From the NCBI RefSeq assembly GCF_902652985.1, contig NC_047032.1, positions 18,662,001 to 18,726,000 of the forward strand: a DNA stretch of 64,000 nt, read 5' to 3'. This DNA is from Pecten maximus (Eukaryota). Positions 13,285 through 25,420 of this stretch are shown here, piece by piece; within the stretch, counting starts at the first letter, position 1, and each line of letters opens with the position of its first letter. The notes beneath the pieces are model-generated. The model saw only the letters and a program-made list of their open reading frames with translations, was not told the DNA's origin and searched no databases. The position numbers and the translations under genes are program-made.

Positions 13285-16200
13285 ATATCGATATAACTAT
13301 CACTTACTTTGCGATGATCGCAGGGTTCTTTTCTAAAGAAAATTGTATTTGAATGTCAAATTCTATTGTTCAATCATTTTTATTCAATAGATCGATAATA
13401 GATCCCAAAACAAAGAGTAAATGCACTATTCATTAATAAGTTCGTAAGGCTTGAGAGACAGTGCGATCCACACATCATTCTACGCATGTCAAGATTTGCT
13501 CTCTGATTTTCGTCTCCTTTACTGCATCTTACTATATACACGGCCATAAAAAGTCCCCATATAATTTAATATTTTAATAATCACATACTTTTACAGAATC
13601 ATATTAACTTTTGAAGGGATAATTCACAGAGTGAAGTGTCATGATACATCGTTAAACAACGATATTTTCTGCATTTTTGGAATATTTCGGATGGGTTATT
13701 TTCATGAAAATTTGCAAATGAATAATCTTCAAAAGATTGCAAAATAAAGTTTCTGATTCATTTATACTATTTCACCAAGTCAAAAAAAGTGTTTTGGTCT
13801 TCTAAGGATTGGACTATTTATATAATATCATAACATGTAATGGAGAATGCTGATAAACGCTATTTGTTATGTTGTTCACTTTTCCTAATAAAGAATACGG
13901 ATACGAAAATGACAAAACAAACTTCTAAAATAAGAAAGACATAGATAAAGAAAGGATGTATCCTTGAACTAACTGATCACGTTTCGACTTCACATCATAT
14001 ATATATTCTTTTTAATCGGTTAGGATTCTCCATCTTTTTATGAAAGCCTTGTCATTGCAGATAGTGATATTTTGTTGTTTTCATTGGTACTGTCATTGTT
14101 TCCACTTTGAGTAATTGTTTTGTGGTCATGTGCCTTTGTGTACTTTTTTCATTTCTGAAGTATATAAATTAAGAATTGTCATTCATACTGAATCCGTAGT
14201 CGGTTTTGCTTATATAAATTCATCTATTTGATCAGGATTTTAATAAATGGCTCAGATCAATTTGAATCCTCATAATTATGTCACATTGTGAAAGGAAAAT
14301 GTTTAGTCGCGTCATAATGAAACATCTGTAAAAGAAACCTTACCTGTTGTCAGTCATAAACTCATACAGCAGTACATCATCTCAATTAGAGTGAACAAAA
14401 ATTAATGATGTCTTTATTTTCGACAACTTTATGTATATTGATACTCATTAATTGTATATGAAATATATATTTTTACATAATGCGTATGATACATATCCCC
14501 ATACATTCATATTACAACATCTGTTTCATGTCTACAGTAGTCTATCACATTATATTACCGTTGTAGCATTGTCGTAATAAATTGCTTACATGAGTTCCTG
14601 TCGCCATGAACCCGTGAATAATGTAATTATCTATTGAATAATATGCACTTTTATAGGTCCTTGGCTCACAAATCATTATGTGAAATGGAGCTGACACGTT
14701 TGCTAGATATCTAAATACATCAACCATTCAATTTATGGTAGATAGGCGTAGTTTCGACAGCACAAAACTCTTTAATTTTTATAGCGGCGACAAAGGTGAT
14801 TTTTGCGACGGAAAATATATCAAAAATAATAAATGGATGTGATGAACTGGAATATTCATAGTGATGGGATGAATGTTTCGGAATGTTTTTGCAGTCATAA
14901 TGTGCACGTCATTTTTAAAAATATGTCATCATCATTGTCCTTCTATTGAGCGGGTTAACCAGAATTTCTGTAACCCCTTACCAGGAAAATTATTTCAACT
15001 GTTGACCAGCTAGACAAGATTTAGAGAAAGCCCTGTCAATACCAACGCCTTGACAATACTAATTATTGTTGTCTTTAAAACTCATGAATTCACAGTGTGT
15101 TGAAAAAACATTTTGGAAACACATGGAACAAATTATTGCCACATTAAGAGATCAAGTTTCACCAGGTATTATTTTTATTATCCTAAGTTTCCAACGTTTT
15201 TATACTTCATTGTCCTAAATTTGTGTGCCGGCTGACGTTGATGAAGCAGAAGATGCTTACTCTTGCAGAGGACGTTGTCTTATTATTCCTGATTTATTCA
15301 AATGTTTTTCTCTAAAAATCTTCTTTTTTTTTCAAATCTTGGGGCATTTATCAATTTTAGATTGGAATTTCGTTATAATGTCGGTTATTCGTGTTGCTTT
15401 AGTCCCTAGCTTCATTTACGTGTTTCATCAGAACGATACGACGGAATTTTGCAGCTTTATACGATGTATTCATTTTTCGTCATTAACTTCATTTGTACCT
15501 TTGTTCTTTTCCAAAAGCTGTATTCAAGTGTGTGTTTATTTACCGGAATTTTAAATAACGTTGACATATAAATTAAGCATGCATTTATATGGTTATAAAG
15601 AGAACGACTTTGGACACTGAAAGAATATGGTTCTTTTTGTTTATCAACATTTAAACAATAACTAAAAAACTGTTTGAGGTCAACATATCTGGTATGATAT
15701 CGTGAGCTGTTCTGTGGCTTTTATCAACAAGTTACAACATTAAATTTTCGATTTGAGCATTGCAGCTATATCAGAAAAAATAATAGCACTTATGGCAATA
15801 AACCATATAGTGCCGTTATCAGAGGGCACATGAATTATTGGTGTTGTGCAACCTGACGCCTATTTGGCGAAAGTGATAATCGAGTTATCTCCCTTGTTAA
15901 AGGAAGACAACTTTGTGAAGATCAGCCAGAGAGTTATCAGGCTAAGTTTATCAAAAATTTACTTGCTTAAATACTTTATTTCTTCAATATTCAGATGTAA
16001 TACATTTCAATGATATTTGATGATATATTGTCAGTGTAAAAATTGCTTATATTAATAATGTGTACCGGTTGATGGCACCGGATCGTTGTTCAATATATGA
16101 AATGGCGTGGTCGTCCATATTTCTTCATATCTCGTATATGATATATTTGAGACCGCTGATGATAGTCAAACAAATCTTCAAGCCATCGGATTGAAATATC

Positions 16201-16544
16201 TGGCTCAACAATTTTGAGATTCAGTCCAATTGTAGCATATTTTGTCGCACCGTGCTTATGTTTAAATCAAACGCCAATGGTCGACTCGACCCAATCGCAC
16301 CACGTTGGGTCGAGTTGTCTTTTATTCAAATTGGGTCTTTGTCGGACTTAACCGATGGCATCACGTATATAGGGTCGAGTTGTCTTTTATTGAAATTAGG
16401 TCAAAGTATGTTAATGTATATTGATTATGGAACTTGGAAGCAATTCATAAAAGTTGATACTTTAATAATATATGAAATTACCCGTATACTCTACTATTCA
16501 TCTGCTAATAATATATCAAAACAGTGATCATGTATTGGAGCAGA

Positions 16545-17643
16545 AAATGTAGGACAGGGGGTACCATGGAGCCAGCTGTTAGTCAACCGGAGGAGGCTAC
16601 AGTAGAGCAACCGTTGGTGTCAGCTGAGAATGTGAGGCCACAGTCGGTTCAACAGGAACAGATCACAGCTGGCAATTAACAGACATCAAGGGAACCTGAG
16701 TACATATACAATGGGTATGACAATACTAACACATATATGACAAGTGTAAATGATAATTTAGGCTTGCATATAGCAGCTAATGTTAAACAAACAAAACAAA
16801 AAAATATCAATGGTGAATATATTGAGCTTGCCCATATGTTGTCACACTCCATGGGGATATCTGACGGTACCCACAAAATTTCTTTGATTGATGGGGAGTT
16901 ATAGTAGTGAAGCCCAAAACACAAACCCCTAAAATATCTGATATAAGTAAATGGACTGATGCATTTATAATATATAAGTATCTACACCCCTGTTCAATTT
17001 AGGCTTGCATGTAGCAGCTAATGTTAAGCAAAAAAATAATCAATGTGGAATATATTGAGCTTGCCCACTTGTTGTCACACTCCATGGGGGTATATGAAAA
17101 TACCCACAAAATTTCTTTGATTGATGGGAAGTAAGTAGTGAACCCACAAAATATCTGATATAAGTAAATGGATGGATGCATTTATAATATATATAAGTAT
17201 CTACACCTCTGTTCATTCAGGGCAACTGCATGGGCTATTGAAATATATGCAGATTGTTTGCCTTGGGGCACAATGATGTGGTGGTACTGGATGGTTGAAG
17301 TATGATGAGCAGTACTGGCTTAGAAAGTTAAAAAAAAAACAAAAAAAAAACCACATGAACATGGGACATTATTGACAATGAAATGTACTTGATATATATG
17401 CAGCCACAGAAGCAGGCGTTGCCACAGACACTGAATCATAACTTACAAAAATGCTTTGATTTCAATTACAAGGGCAGTTGTGCTCGGTCACATTGTACTT
17501 ACTCTCATAAATGTATTCGGTGTAATGGAGGGTATGCCACTCTCTATTGCTTTAAGGCAAACAATAGAAATTCCAATTCCTTTCAGTCAAAACCAAACTT
17601 CATACACTCAGTCTACGGTCCCAGAACAAAACAAGCAAGATAA
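16545..17643 (+). pseudogene. Ngaro gag-like ORF1 relic with a Cys/His zinc finger and an internal ~240-bp tandem duplication
   Basis: CFDFNYKGSCARSHCTYSHKCIRC at about 17452-17523; WLKYDEQY motif near 17290; 16755-16996 is duplicated at 16996-17215. Confidence 0.72.
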
Positions 17644-17799
17644 GGAACACAAACAGTTATGGCTTTAAAAATGTCCAGCTCATAAGCACTGGGTTACTAA
17701 ATATACAAACATGTCTGTAGGGAGGCTTCTTCTCCAAGGGTTTAAAGAGTTTCTAAACTTCATTATTTTTGCCCCAAGGGGAAAAAAAAAAAAAAAAAA

Positions 17800-18700
17800 A
17801 AATATGCAGGAAGTAGAATTAGGTAGGGTGGCAGGTTATTTTGATAACAAACCCATCGCACAGTGGAATAGTTCTCAAACAGGATGGAAAGTCGTGCCTA
17901 ATAACACATCTCTCGTTGCAATTAGGGGATAGCATGGATAGCAATATTGACCCTGATATGGTTTCAGCCCAATGCTCATCATTGGATAAAGTTGTTGAGA
18001 TGATAGCTGAGTTGGGCGAAGGTGCATTATTGGGGAAGATAGAGACCATCCAGCTGATTTTCCATTGTTAGGTTTTAAGTTTCAAGACAAATACTTGGAC
18101 AAATGTTTACCTATGGGTTGCTCAGTGTGGGGTAGTTTATTGAAAAGTTTTCATCTTTTATTGAGTGGATTGTTGGAGAGAAGTCTGGTGAACAAAGTTT
18201 AGATCATTATATAGATGACTTCATATTGCTGGGAAGGACAAAAGGATACATGTGCTAGCCTCCTAGGCTTGAAACATGTCGAGACATTGGTATACCTATC
18301 GCTGAGTAGAAATCTGAGGGTCCAACTACAACTGATATCCTTAGGTCTTGAAATTGACACAGTGGACATGGCAATTAGGGTCCCACAGGAAAAAGTTGTG
18401 GTATTAAGGGCAGAGATTTGGGAAGTTTTAGGTAGGGGGTAAAGGTTAGATTACAGGATTTACAGTCTGTAGCAGGGATAATGTCATTTCGTACTAATTC
18501 TTGAAATATTCTTACTCTGTAGTAAGGTTTTTGTATGCCTAACAGGACATAAAAAAAAAAAAAAAAAAAAAAAGTTGAATAAATACTCTAGCTATTGGTA
18601 TATTAGAGCTGACCTAGAGATGTGGTTGCAATTGTTAAGTCAATTCAATGGCAAATGCTGTTATTTTTAGGGAAAAGTCTTGGAATAGTAATGTGGATTT
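17800..18700 (+). pseudogene. Ngaro reverse transcriptase / RNase H relic
   Basis: EVELGRVAG, LITHLS, LGEGALLGK, DKCLPMGCS, HYIDDFI, LGLEIDT and DLEMWL, broken by many frameshifts and deletions. Confidence 0.85.
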
Positions 18701-18719
18701 AGTGTTGGGATTAGACATG

Positions 18720-19120
18720 CCAGATTACCTATTACTGTTGATCTGTTAGCAGGCATTATATCAGTCTTGACAAAAATGTAAAATATGCAGTTCCCAATAT
18801 GAGGTTAGCTTTGTTTAGTTGTGCCTGTTCATTGGCTTTCTATGGATTGTTTTCGTGTTGGAAAAATTACTGTCAGTAGTAGTAGGGACATGGCTTACAG
18901 GGTTGTAACTGTTGCACAAGTATCACTTCAGGGAAGTGCTGCTAAAGTAGTGTCCTCACCAAAGCATGCACTAGCTTTGGCTGTAACATTAATTTTCTTT
19001 ACAAGTCCCATTCATTCAGAATTGGGGTAACTACATCGACCTCCCCATGTGGTATGTCTACTGAAGATATTATGGAATGTGGTAGGTGGAAATCCAGTGT
19101 TTACAAAAGATACATCATAA
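18720..19120 (+). pseudogene. Ngaro tyrosine recombinase relic
   Basis: LAFYGLFRVGKIT near 18835; HSFRIGVTT...GRWKSSVYKRYI at 19009-19116. Confidence 0.85.
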
Positions 19121-19179
19121 TTCCAACCCCAAAAATAATTGTAAAGTGTTAGTACGCATTTTAAGATTTGTAGGTACCT

Positions 19180-19702
19180 GAGGGAAGGTCTGGATTCTTG
19201 TCATCAATCATTAAATATGACTTTGTTCACAGTCGGGTTTGCCCAGGAGGGGTACACCTTGGGCTGTCTCGCATTGGATTACAGTGTGGTGGCAGTTTAA
19301 AGGAGGTACATGTATGGTCATTTCGGACATCAAAAGTAAAATTTGTCACTTGGGAAATTTGAAACTGATCAACCAGCAAGGCTTGTCATACACTGTTGGG
19401 GTAATGACATAGGTAACACTTGGGTTGGGTGCATTGAATATAATTAAAGAAGATCATGTATTTCCTGATGTCTGAGTTCCCTGGGACATTATTGATATGC
19501 TTGTAAATATTACCCCGAAGCCATAAGTCATTAAGCACTTAAACAAGTCTGAAAGAGATTGAACAATACAATTTCTGATCATGTTTTATAGCATAGTGGA
19601 GCTGTTGTACTTTATACAGACTTGAAATTAGATAACCATTTTTTTTCTGAAAGATGGGGTCCACGTGTCTCCTTTGGGTAATGACCTCTTTCTTAACACC
19701 TT
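19180..19702 (+). pseudogene. Ngaro accessory SGNH/GDSL hydrolase-like ORF relic
   Basis: KVWIL at the start; LVIHCWGNDIG (GxND block) near 19382; DGVHVSPLGNDLFL (DxxH block) near 19653. Confidence 0.72.
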
Positions 19703-22700
19703 AAAAAAAAACAAAAAAAAAAAAAACAGGTTCTTCCCTAACAGTTACTAGTTCACAGTTACAAGTAACATGGAACAATAATGACATGTTAGGATTTTGG
19801 TCACAGCCTTGTACCGGGAAATGTGTCGCCTCCTCTTCTGTCTTCGTTTGGCTGTGAATGAGTTTCATGTGGATAACTCATTCATATGGCAGATTTCGCG
19901 GTACAAGCATTTATTGGTGATTATTGAGTTATTGATTGATATTGATTGATGTATATTGCGCATATTGATGCGAATCAGTGATATCTGTTTCCCAGTATCT
20001 ACTAATCAGTATTGTCATCTGATTGATTTGTAGTCAGCTGAAATCTGTTTCCCAGGATCAGCTGATTAATTGATTTGAATTGTTGTTGAATTGGTTGAGA
20101 ACTGTTTCCCAGGATCAGCTGATTAATTGATTTGAATTGTATTGTTTAATTGGTTGAGAACTGTTTCCCAGAATCAATCGATTAATTTGTTTGATTGAAA
20201 TTGAATTTATTGTTGGCGTGCCATTATGGTCTATTGACAGACCGGCCGCCATATCTTGGCAATAAAGCTGTGACCATAAATCCAAATTTAAATTGTTTGT
20301 GATATGTGCATCTATTGATAATAGCACTTATGGCAATAAACCATATAGTGCCGTTATCAGAGGGCACATGAATTATTGGTGTTGTGCAACCTGACGCCTA
20401 TTTGGCGAAAGTGATAATCGAGTTATCTCCCTTGTTAAAGGAAGACAACTTTGTGAAGATCAGCCAGAGAGTTATCAGGCTAAGTTTATCAAAAATTTAC
20501 TTGCTTAAATACTTTATTTCTTCACCCTCCCATAATCCCTCCCCTTTAGGATAGGATCTGTGTTCTGCTGTTGTTTTTTCTTTTTGTTATAGCGGTGGTG
20601 TGAGAAGGCAGGATAGTCACAGCTCCTGACCCCTTTTCGACGACGGATTCACAGCCCCAATTGAAATCTATTCCTTAGTGACGAGTATTGTGACGAACTT
20701 CTATTCCTTATTGACGATTATTGTGACCTGCTTCAAATGGCGGATTTCGCGTTATAAACTTTCAGAAGTCAATTTGACTTGTTCAGATTTCGCGGAACGG
20801 CAGATTTCGCGGTACAAGCATTTATTGGTGATTATTGAGTTATTGATTGATATTGATTGATGTATATTGCGCATATTGATGCGAATCAGTGATATCTGTT
20901 TCCCAGTATCTACTAATCAGTATTGTCATCTGATTGATTTGTAGTCAGCTGAAATCTGTTTCCCAGGATCAGCTGATTATTGATTTGAATTGTTGTTGAA
21001 TTGGTTGAGAACTGTTTCCCAGGATCAGCTGATTAATTGATTTGAATTGTATTGTTTAATTGGTTGAGAACTGTTTCCCAGAATCAATCGATTAATTTGT
21101 TTGATTGAAATTGAATTTATTGTTGGCGTGCCATTATGGTCTATTGACAGACCGGCCGCCATATCTTGGCAATAAAGCTGTGACCATAAATCCAAATTTA
21201 AATTGTTTGTGATATGTGCATCTATTGATAACTAAGAATACCGACATAATAACGAAAGCATCACACCAAGTCAAAGGAGATAACACGAAGGTTAAACAAG
21301 TATAGATTTGGAATGCGAAAAAGGAAACTAAGACCAAGTGGTCCGGAGAGTAAGCGTCTCCGGTTTCACCGACGACACCCGCTTTACATATAAAGGTCAA
21401 ATATAGGTCAAATATAGGTCACAATCTCTACTGAGAGTTAAGACCACTAACGTATCATCTGGATATCGCATATGTAAATATGATATTTCCAAATAAATAT
21501 GAGATCAAGATATCGGCCATAAAACGTAATCGTCCAAAAATACTGTACATGAACTTTTCACAAGAAGAAAAACTTCTATGCATGAATTAATGTAAACAGA
21601 CATACAGTATAACTGTTTAATAAAAAAAGGTATCTAACATTTTTAGAACTCTTCAGATATGTGCTTCAAAGTATCCAATTCGAGGAGGGAAATTAACATT
21701 TGTTTCCCTGCTGTTTCCATTTATTGACTTGCGTTATTCTTATTTGATCACTAGCGTTTAGTACATTTATTGCACCCTTTACAATAGCACTGTCTATTTA
21801 TACCGAATATTATACCAAGTGAAGAGGTCAGTGCAGAAATTATATTTCTCTTGACAAGGATAGATTCCCTTGCTTTATCCTAGATTCCAGGCGTTGGCTT
21901 CACTCCATGTAGGTAGCCCATGGTTAATTAACATTTCCTGCATGAAACATGTGTAAAATTAAATGTGTTTTTACTTTCTGTTCTGTCAAGGATATACACG
22001 TACTCTATGATATATTGTTACGTTATTTGTTTTAATCTATTTACGCAAATATATGCATAATTAAACGTGTTTCTTGGATTTAAGTACAAATGCATACAAT
22101 GAATATAAGATTAAGTTTACATAATATTATATTTAAACGTGATACATATATAGCCTAGAAAGAGAGGCTTTGCGAGCAGAATTAAAAACTTCTCCGACTT
22201 GTTTTCTAAGAACCTCATATGATATGTATGTTTTATCACATTACCAATGAGACTATAATTTAAAATTTTAAGTCAAAGTGTGGATAGCACCATCAAACTG
22301 AGTCAGCCATACCAGTGTGCCATTTCATTCATGACGTAACATAAACGGGTTTATAATGACGTCATAAATGATCTCAGATATGTACAATCAATGAAAATTC
22401 AAACATATATTATACTAGTGACTAATACAAAAATATAACAGGATTTTATTTAGTTGAAAACAGTCCGATTATGTGAGTAAAAGGTAAACTATAATTAAGG
22501 CTATTTCATATATTTATTTCATTTCTGTAAATACTTTCTCCTTTTTTTGAAATTATTGAAATCTTACAAACCAATTCATCCATTTTATATGTTTTTTTTT
22601 AAAATGATAACATGTAACATTTATTTAATTCAAATTCAAACATGCATATATCTAAATATATGAATGACTATCAAATGGATTTATGGATCACTAGACATTT

Positions 22701-25059
22701 TCTAATTTCATTCCTTTATGATATATTACTGTAAAAAACCGATAGCACGTCTTGAGTGCATGTCATCCTCCAGGATATAAATCATTTAGCTGATTCAATA
22801 TGAAATATTCATATTTTCTGTTTCTTTAATAACAGTGAAATATTCATTTTCTAGATATGTTGATTTGCTAGATCCGATAAAATAATTTGTCGAGGTATAC
22901 ATTATATATCTTTTGTTATAAAACTTTAATATTTTATCGCAAACTCTGCCAGGAAAGATCAGCAGACAAAGGTATGACTTTAGTATGTTTTTTCAAGTAT
23001 AACCTGTGGTCATATGAGTATATTTTTGTGCACATATACCATTGAAAATAAGGTTTAACAAAGAAAGTGACTTTATGTTGACATTTTTATTGCAAAGGAT
23101 AGTGCATTTTCTTATTCTAATTCTAGGTCAACTCTTGTATAATCCAGCATAAAACAAGAGAAAATAAAAGCATTGTGACGTCGAATATGTCTTGACAATT
23201 TCTTATAATAATATAATAATACAGCATCCATTCATTTTTCCTTGACATTTTGACAGGCGATGGACCATTTGTTTACGAAAACTCTTTATATAGAAACATT
23301 GTAATGGAACGTATATTCCCTGTTTATAGGCTAATACAAAATACTATATTTCATTTGTGTGGTGAAGATTGTTCACCACCTCTGACACCTGTTGACTTAT
23401 ATCAGCCTTATTTCCGTTTATTTACATGTTTATGGCAATGCTGCTATATAACTTATTATCATAAGTGTGATTGAGATGACTATGAATGACACTCATAGAG
23501 TGTTCGCTACGTTACAGCGTTATAATTGGAGACATGGGGATTGCGAAAGTTCATCTCCAAACTATGTTTGCTCTTAAGGATCAGACGCTCTTGGAAAAAT
23601 ATTTTAATCATAGAATAATTTACTTTAATGTGTATTGAATTGGATATAAGCTCATCGGGTAACATAGTGTCTACACAGCTATGTCAGTTATAACTATTTT
23701 AGATACCATAGCGGGACATTGTTATACCATAATTAGATATTTAATTTAACAAGTAATTAAATTGAACTTTTAACTTTTCAAATATTATGTATTACCTTAG
23801 TGACCGTTACATAAGCAAAACTCCATTCAAGGAGTTAAATATCAACTGTTAATTATCGACCGTACAGTAGGTAAGGGAGACATGCCGTAATGTTTGCTAG
23901 TAAGATCTAAACACATACAAAGGGGGATTCTTCTAATAGTGAGAACTAAAAACATACAGAGGGGGATTTCCCTGATAGTGAGAATTTGTACTCTATTAGG
24001 TGGCAGAAAATTCGCGGTCAGTGTACCAGGGCGGGCTACCTACAGACTTTGATTGATAAAAGCATTATTCCGGCTGGTTCGGGCAATCAAACGGAGACAT
24101 GGAGACAAGAATGATGACGTCGGCGGATGTCATGGAGACACCAACAGCCAAGTTTATATGAGAGCGGGTGTCGGGAGGCAAAGCAGTATTGTCTGTAACG
24201 ACATTTCGGCGGGTACAGCAATAATTTCCTCTCCCTGAGACCCCACAGGGAATTGTTTGTTAATCAACTTCGACAAATTTAATTTCAATGGAATTAAGAC
24301 TGATTATCATGATTGAATGCTATTGATGTCTTTCATGATTAAGTTGATGAATCCTGATGAGTAAACACAGAACAAAATGTTTTATGTTGTTTATAAAGAA
24401 CGGTGTATGATATTGATGAATGATGTTTCAGCTACAACAAGTACTACACAAATTACAAAAATGAACATTGAAGTCATGAGATATAACCACGCCTAAAAAC
24501 CGCATATACATTATCTTTCCACTGTTATGGTTTATCAAAAAGCCACATTTGTCGTTTGTGGTAGAGATATGAAGGTCCCAAATCTCAACTCCCCACCTCA
24601 CTCATCAAAAAGCGACACATGCCATAGACAACAGCATGGATGGAGGATACATGTATACATAAGTAATGCAATATAGCATCCCATTTGATATAAGCATCAC
24701 AATATAGATGTATAGTTTCATACTTGTTATGCGGCACATGCAATGTATTGTGTAACTTGTTTTAACCTATATCATCGTCTTTTGTACAATCGCTCGGTGG
24801 ACAACATCTGCTGTTAACTTTTTCGAAATCACACTCATACAGTAGACACTGAAAATTTGCTGTAAAACCATATAACTGTCAGAGATACCAGTGATTGTAG
24901 AGAGAATCTCATAAATCTAACAGCTAGCATCAAAATCCCGAAGCAGTTACTGCAATCACTGAAATAATACAATTATCCAGCAATCAACAGTGCAATCATA
25001 CTTTAAGCTGGCTGTTCAATTCATCGGCTTATTCGGAAACAGTGAATCCAATGATATCC

Positions 25060-25420
25060 AAAAGCTGGCAGTGGAATACCACAACTGATACTAAAATACC
25101 ACAACTGATACTAAAATACCACAACTGATGCTGAAATACCATCACTAATATTGATATACAACAACTGATACTGAAATACCACCGCTGACAGTAGAATCCC
25201 AGAAATGATGCTGAAATACCACAACTGATTCTGAAACACAACAACCGATAATGAAATACAACCGCTGATAGTAGCATAACACAACTGATACTGAAATAAC
25301 ACAGCTCATACTAAAATAATACCACTGATACTTAAATGCCAAAGCTGGTGCTGAAATACCACCGTTCATACTGTAATACTACAGCTGATACTGAAATAAT
25401 ACAGGCAAAACTGAAATAAC
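25060..25420. repeat. Minisatellite, ~20-bp unit (ctgaaataccacaactgata), about 18 diverged copies
   Basis: Direct reading of the periodic motif. Confidence 0.85.

Larger units (their letters stand above)
15781..21231 (+). mobile_element. Ngaro-type tyrosine-recombinase retrotransposon with split direct repeats (A1-ORFs-B1A2-B2); ORFs defective
   Basis: A1 15781-15986 = A2 20319-20524; B1 19888-20321 ~ B2 20799-21231; TAA shared at both termini and at the B1/A2 junction; gag zinc finger, RT, YR and SGNH relics inside. Confidence 0.93.

Noticed and set aside
13308-13332. 25-nt micro-exon candidate on the minus strand (ttttctttag...gtaagt)
   Set aside because: The splice sites are good, but the length would shift the frame between two phase-0 exons unless an unseen partner exon exists; needs RNA data.
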